A stretch of DNA of 63,612 nt, filler included, from Perkinsus olseni (lineage: Eukaryota), in assembly GCA_013115125.1 (NCBI GenBank). It is 19 parts of 19 records of this genome, joined end to end, with 100 filler letters (N's around TTAATTAATTAA, not from the genome) between each part and the next. Parts side by side here need not be neighbours in the genome. Positions count along the whole stretch, not along the records: positions 57,119 to 60,318 come from JABANN010001441.1; positions 60,419 to 63,612 come from JABANN010001442.1; 17 more parts are not named here. One strand, 5' to 3'. Positions 60,110-63,612 of the stretch are shown here, piece by piece. The notes beneath the pieces are model-generated. The model was not told where the DNA came from and did no database searches. It saw nothing but the letters and a program-made list of their open reading frames with translations. Numbering within the stretch: the first letter of the stretch is position 1; each line of letters opens with the position of its first letter. Both the position numbers and the translations under genes were made by a program.

Positions 60110-60280
60110 CAGTACTCATATTATCAACTAGAGATGATAGCCTTCTTGTGATCTCTTCCTTACCGTCATCACTGTTATCAGTTGGCACATGACGACGTTT
60201 ATAAGTAGTACTACGATAACAGAATGGTGCTCTACCTTCTATACCTTCAACAACATAATACTCATCACCCAACTTACCTA
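60110..60280 (-). CDS. Internal exon of an unidentified gene
   Basis: Open frame GDEYYVVEGIEGRAPFCYRS...DNMSTDEG between AG and GT sites. Confidence 0.35.
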
Positions 60281-60761
60281 ACGACCATCATACCACACAT
60301 CACCGTCATCATACCTATNNNNNNNNNNNNNNNNNNNNNNNNNNNNNNNNNNNNNNNNNNNNTTAATTAATTAANNNNNNNNNNNNNNNNNNNNNNNNNN
60401 NNNNNNNNNNNNNNNNNNCAATAGTATGCGTCAACTTCATCTGGACAGCGCGTTTTCGACAACACAGGTTGTCGAGATTCGATGTAGCCCATTCCTTCTT
60501 AAAGAATGATTCTATCTTTCTCTTACGGAGTTTCCGTAACGGAAATAGACCATCGCTGCTGACCATCCGAGTTATGGGCGAACGACGATTGAAAACGCGC
60601 ACTTCCTAGCGGAGCGAAGCGCGAATTGTTTGCCATTTTTCGTTGATCATTTTTGACTTTAAGGTAACCTTGACAACCTTGGATCGGGAACTTCCATTCT
60701 TTTCGACACAGTCGTCAAAAATGGTCATCTCTCCCATCCTCAGTATCTTACCAACTCGCCA

Positions 60762-62901
60762 ATGACCAGCTCGACCGCCGAAGATATCAAACTCGACCGA
60801 AGTGAGTTCACCACTCACGTCAGCGTGCCGGCCATCCGAGTGCCCGCCCGGGAAGTACAGAAGTGGACGAAGGATCCGGAGGTCTCCAAATGCCTCCTGC
60901 GGCTGCCTCAAATCCGACCGGTTCAACCTGACCTCGAAAACCCGGAAACTGAAAAGATAATTTGCTTCAAACCTGATTTGACAGCGGACAAGTTGCCCGA
61001 AAAAGCTCGAAATTTCGGCGTCATTTCTCACGAAGTCGTCCGAGGGTACGAACAGATGAGTACTGAGGAGATCCTGAGGAAGCTCTTGCCCGCTGAACTT
61101 GAAGTACCAAGCTCCTTCGAGACGGTCGGACACATCGCCCACTTCAACCTCAAAGATTCCCACTTGCCGTACAAGAAAATCATCGGGCAAGTCGTGCTCG
61201 ATAAGAACCCTGCCATCAAATTGGTGGTTACGAAAGTGGCTAATTTGAAGAACGAATTCCGGACGATGGAGTTGGACGTGATGGCCTGTGCTGAGGGATG
61301 TGACCCGACTGACTTCGTTACTACAGTTAAGGAGAATGGCATGCAGTTCAAAATGGATTATTCTAAAGTGTAATAGCGGGAATTAGTCGGAATGAGCGGC
61401 GCTGCTGGGCTTCGGGCCCCTGTTTTTCGGCGGTTGTTACTGGGATTATTAAGATGAGGCAATTTGACGCGTTCTATGAATCATTCGAACCACCGGCATG
61501 CGTCGTCAGAGAAGGTGCAGATATCGAAGCTCGCGGGGTCTGTAACGGCGCGGTGGTCTCGTGGTGCCGCCCAGTCTGACGGCAAGTAGACAGGTACTGG
61601 AACTCTCGACTATCGACGATGCGGCAAGGGCTGCTGCAGGATCTCACACCCTCCAGCTCCGTCGTAGTGGACATGTGCTGTGGTATCGGAGCCTTCGTTA
61701 TTATGGCCGCGAAGAAGATAGGTAGGGCATCGCCATCAACGGTCTCCGAGGCAGAGGCCATCGTTGGTCCACTCAGGATGCCGTGTCTATGCTAACGACC
61801 TCAATCCCGAATCCACCAGATGGTGCAAGGAGAACGTCAAGCTGAATAAAGTTCCTCCTGGACTAATCACAGTGTCCACCCAAGACGGCCGAGAATTCGT
61901 AGTACATTGGCTTGGGAAAGGGTCGTCGGGATTGGTATCATACGATGATTTTGAGCTAGGGCACGGGTTAAATTTTGTAGGGGTTTACCCTGCAAAATTG
62001 GGTATATACTCACAGAGGGATGGACTCATTTCGAATGATATATTTTACCGTCGTAAGGTCGGCCGAAAATGGACACCTCATCTCCCCAAAATGTTTTCCG
62101 TGAGTTAAGTCCCTCCTTGGTTCGGACAGTAGGCAAGAAGCCTCACGTATGAGCGTTTGCCACTCACACCGTTTGAGGTCGTGCGAGGGGTTTTGTGATG
62201 TGGTCAGTTCGGCAAGGTCGGGTGTAGGTAAAGAAGTTGGTGGCCAAGGGTGTATTTAGCGAGAAGATGGACTTTCATTTCTACATGAATCTGCCCTCTA
62301 TCGCCATCACCTTCCTCGACGTCTTCGTTGGGCTCTTCAGAGGACATGAGGATGCTGCTGAGAAGGCTAGGCTTTTGGTAGGGCCGGGGAGTGTAACATT
62401 AAAACGTGGATAATCGCAATTTGTGACGACCGAGGTACAAGCTCCGTCCTTGTAGGGCTCTAGTATGGTAGTGGGGAAACCCTATTTCCTTTCTGCCTTT
62501 GATTATAACAGACAACAGAGACGGTCATGACGTGTTCGTGGGTTATCGCAGATGTGGTGTGGATGAGAGCTTATGGGTATCATCGGCTACGCGCAGTGAC
62601 CACTGTGAGTGGTCAGGTCCACTGCCACTGCTTCGCCCGAGAAGACCCGCCCAACGAGGAGCTCTACGCAGCTGCTGATAGAGCCATGGAGAATAAGGAG
62701 GGGTTCAAAATTGATAGGAAATTGGGTAGGCTACGGTAGGCACCGGGGGGTTGGGCATTTTCGAGGTCTTCAGTTTCTATTAATGAGGTTCGCGATGTAG
62801 CACCGAACAAAAGAATGTACTGTTTCGAGTTTGCTGTACCGAAAGAGATCCTCCTGGCCACCAGACCGGAGGAGGAGCCAGCACCGAAAAGGCAGAGGTG
62901 A
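60762..62901 (+). CDS. TRM5: tRNA (guanine37-N1)-methyltransferase Trm5, multi-exon
   Basis: PSSFETVGHIAHFNL, IGQVVLDKN, EFRTM, F.MDYSKV|YWNSRL, DMCCGIG, YANDLNP, MNLP, VHCHCF, VRDVAPNKRMYC. Confidence 0.95.
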
Positions 62902-63065
62902 AAACGTACTGTGTTGTTTCCAATTTATAATGACTATAAGTTGTTGCTGACGAGTGTCAATTGGACGTTGCCGCCTTCCCGATGTCGCTGATGTTGTTTA
63001 AGGCGTCTCCGTGGCAGAGGTAAGGAAGGTTAGAGTGCGGATGTTGGAAAAGGGCTGCTTCTCCT

Positions 63066-63612
63066 TTTACTCGTCGACCACTGGACGTCTGATGGCAGCA
63101 GCGACTCCTTCAGCTGAGCTTTCATCAGCTGCCCTTGCCCCCGTGTAGATCTTGTTTAGTAAACCCTTTGACCGGAACCACTGGTGACGTCGTTCCAGTC
63201 TCAAGACTGTGTGAGTTTCAACTCCTGACTATGCGTCTTGGACACTCCCCCATGCAGGGGTTGGTGAGGGGGTACCGCCACATGTACTGGCCTCGGTAAC
63301 ATCCTGTCCTCGGTTTTTCTCGCCGCTAGCTCCAACCGGGACGAGTTACGAGACTGTTGCTTCTCCGTTGTTGCTCATAGTCAACGCAAGGCGAGAAGGA
63401 TGGTAAGGTCTTCTACTTTCTGCTTCTAAGCTGAGTCTCTCGAGGGGAATAGTGTTAGTAGTAACACCCGCACTGGTTGACTCAACAACACCTGGGATGG
63501 ACATAGGATTAGTATAATGGGAATTAAAGCTTCTTCTTTTATCCATTTCAGCCGATGGGCTGCAACCGTTTCATGCAGCGAATAATGGGCGAGCGAGATT
63601 CGTGCGTACGCG
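63066..63612 (-). CDS. 3' exons of an unidentified gene, convergent with TRM5
   Basis: Coding-like frames with GTAAC...AG candidate introns. Confidence 0.3.

Noticed and set aside
3317-60418. Regularly spaced TTAATTAATTAA palindromes as a biological repeat, and any gene neighbourhood across them
   Set aside because: Artificial spacers in N runs between size-sorted scaffolds; adjacency across them is meaningless.

Overview
This is not a contiguous locus. It is 19 short scaffolds of about 3.2-3.3 kb, sorted by decreasing length and joined by an artificial 100-nt spacer (44N-TTAATTAATTAA-44N). The rDNA scaffold carries sequences that match, from memory, Perkinsus genus and P. olseni-specific ITS primer sites, so the source is very likely the alveolate mollusc parasite Perkinsus olseni. 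About half of the window is transposon-derived: several divergent LTR retrotransposons (including an uninterrupted ~1085-codon pol missing from the ORF track), a Ty3/Gypsy pol, LINE fragments, two Helitron-like Rep/helicase pieces and several insertions with target-site duplications. Host genes include a tandemly repeated fumarate-reductase/3x cytochrome b5/membrane cytochrome b fusion, a secreted Cys-rich/Cu,Zn-SOD-like fusion, aspartic proteases, an NPHP4-like gene, an EamA-like transporter, a J-domain protein, cytochrome c1, a TKL kinase, TRM5 and partial 18S-ITS1-5.8S-ITS2-28S rDNA. The best candidate for a novel system is the single-polypeptide, apparently Fe-S-free quinol:fumarate reductase-like fusion. 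All family assignments come from motif recognition by eye; no database searches were run.
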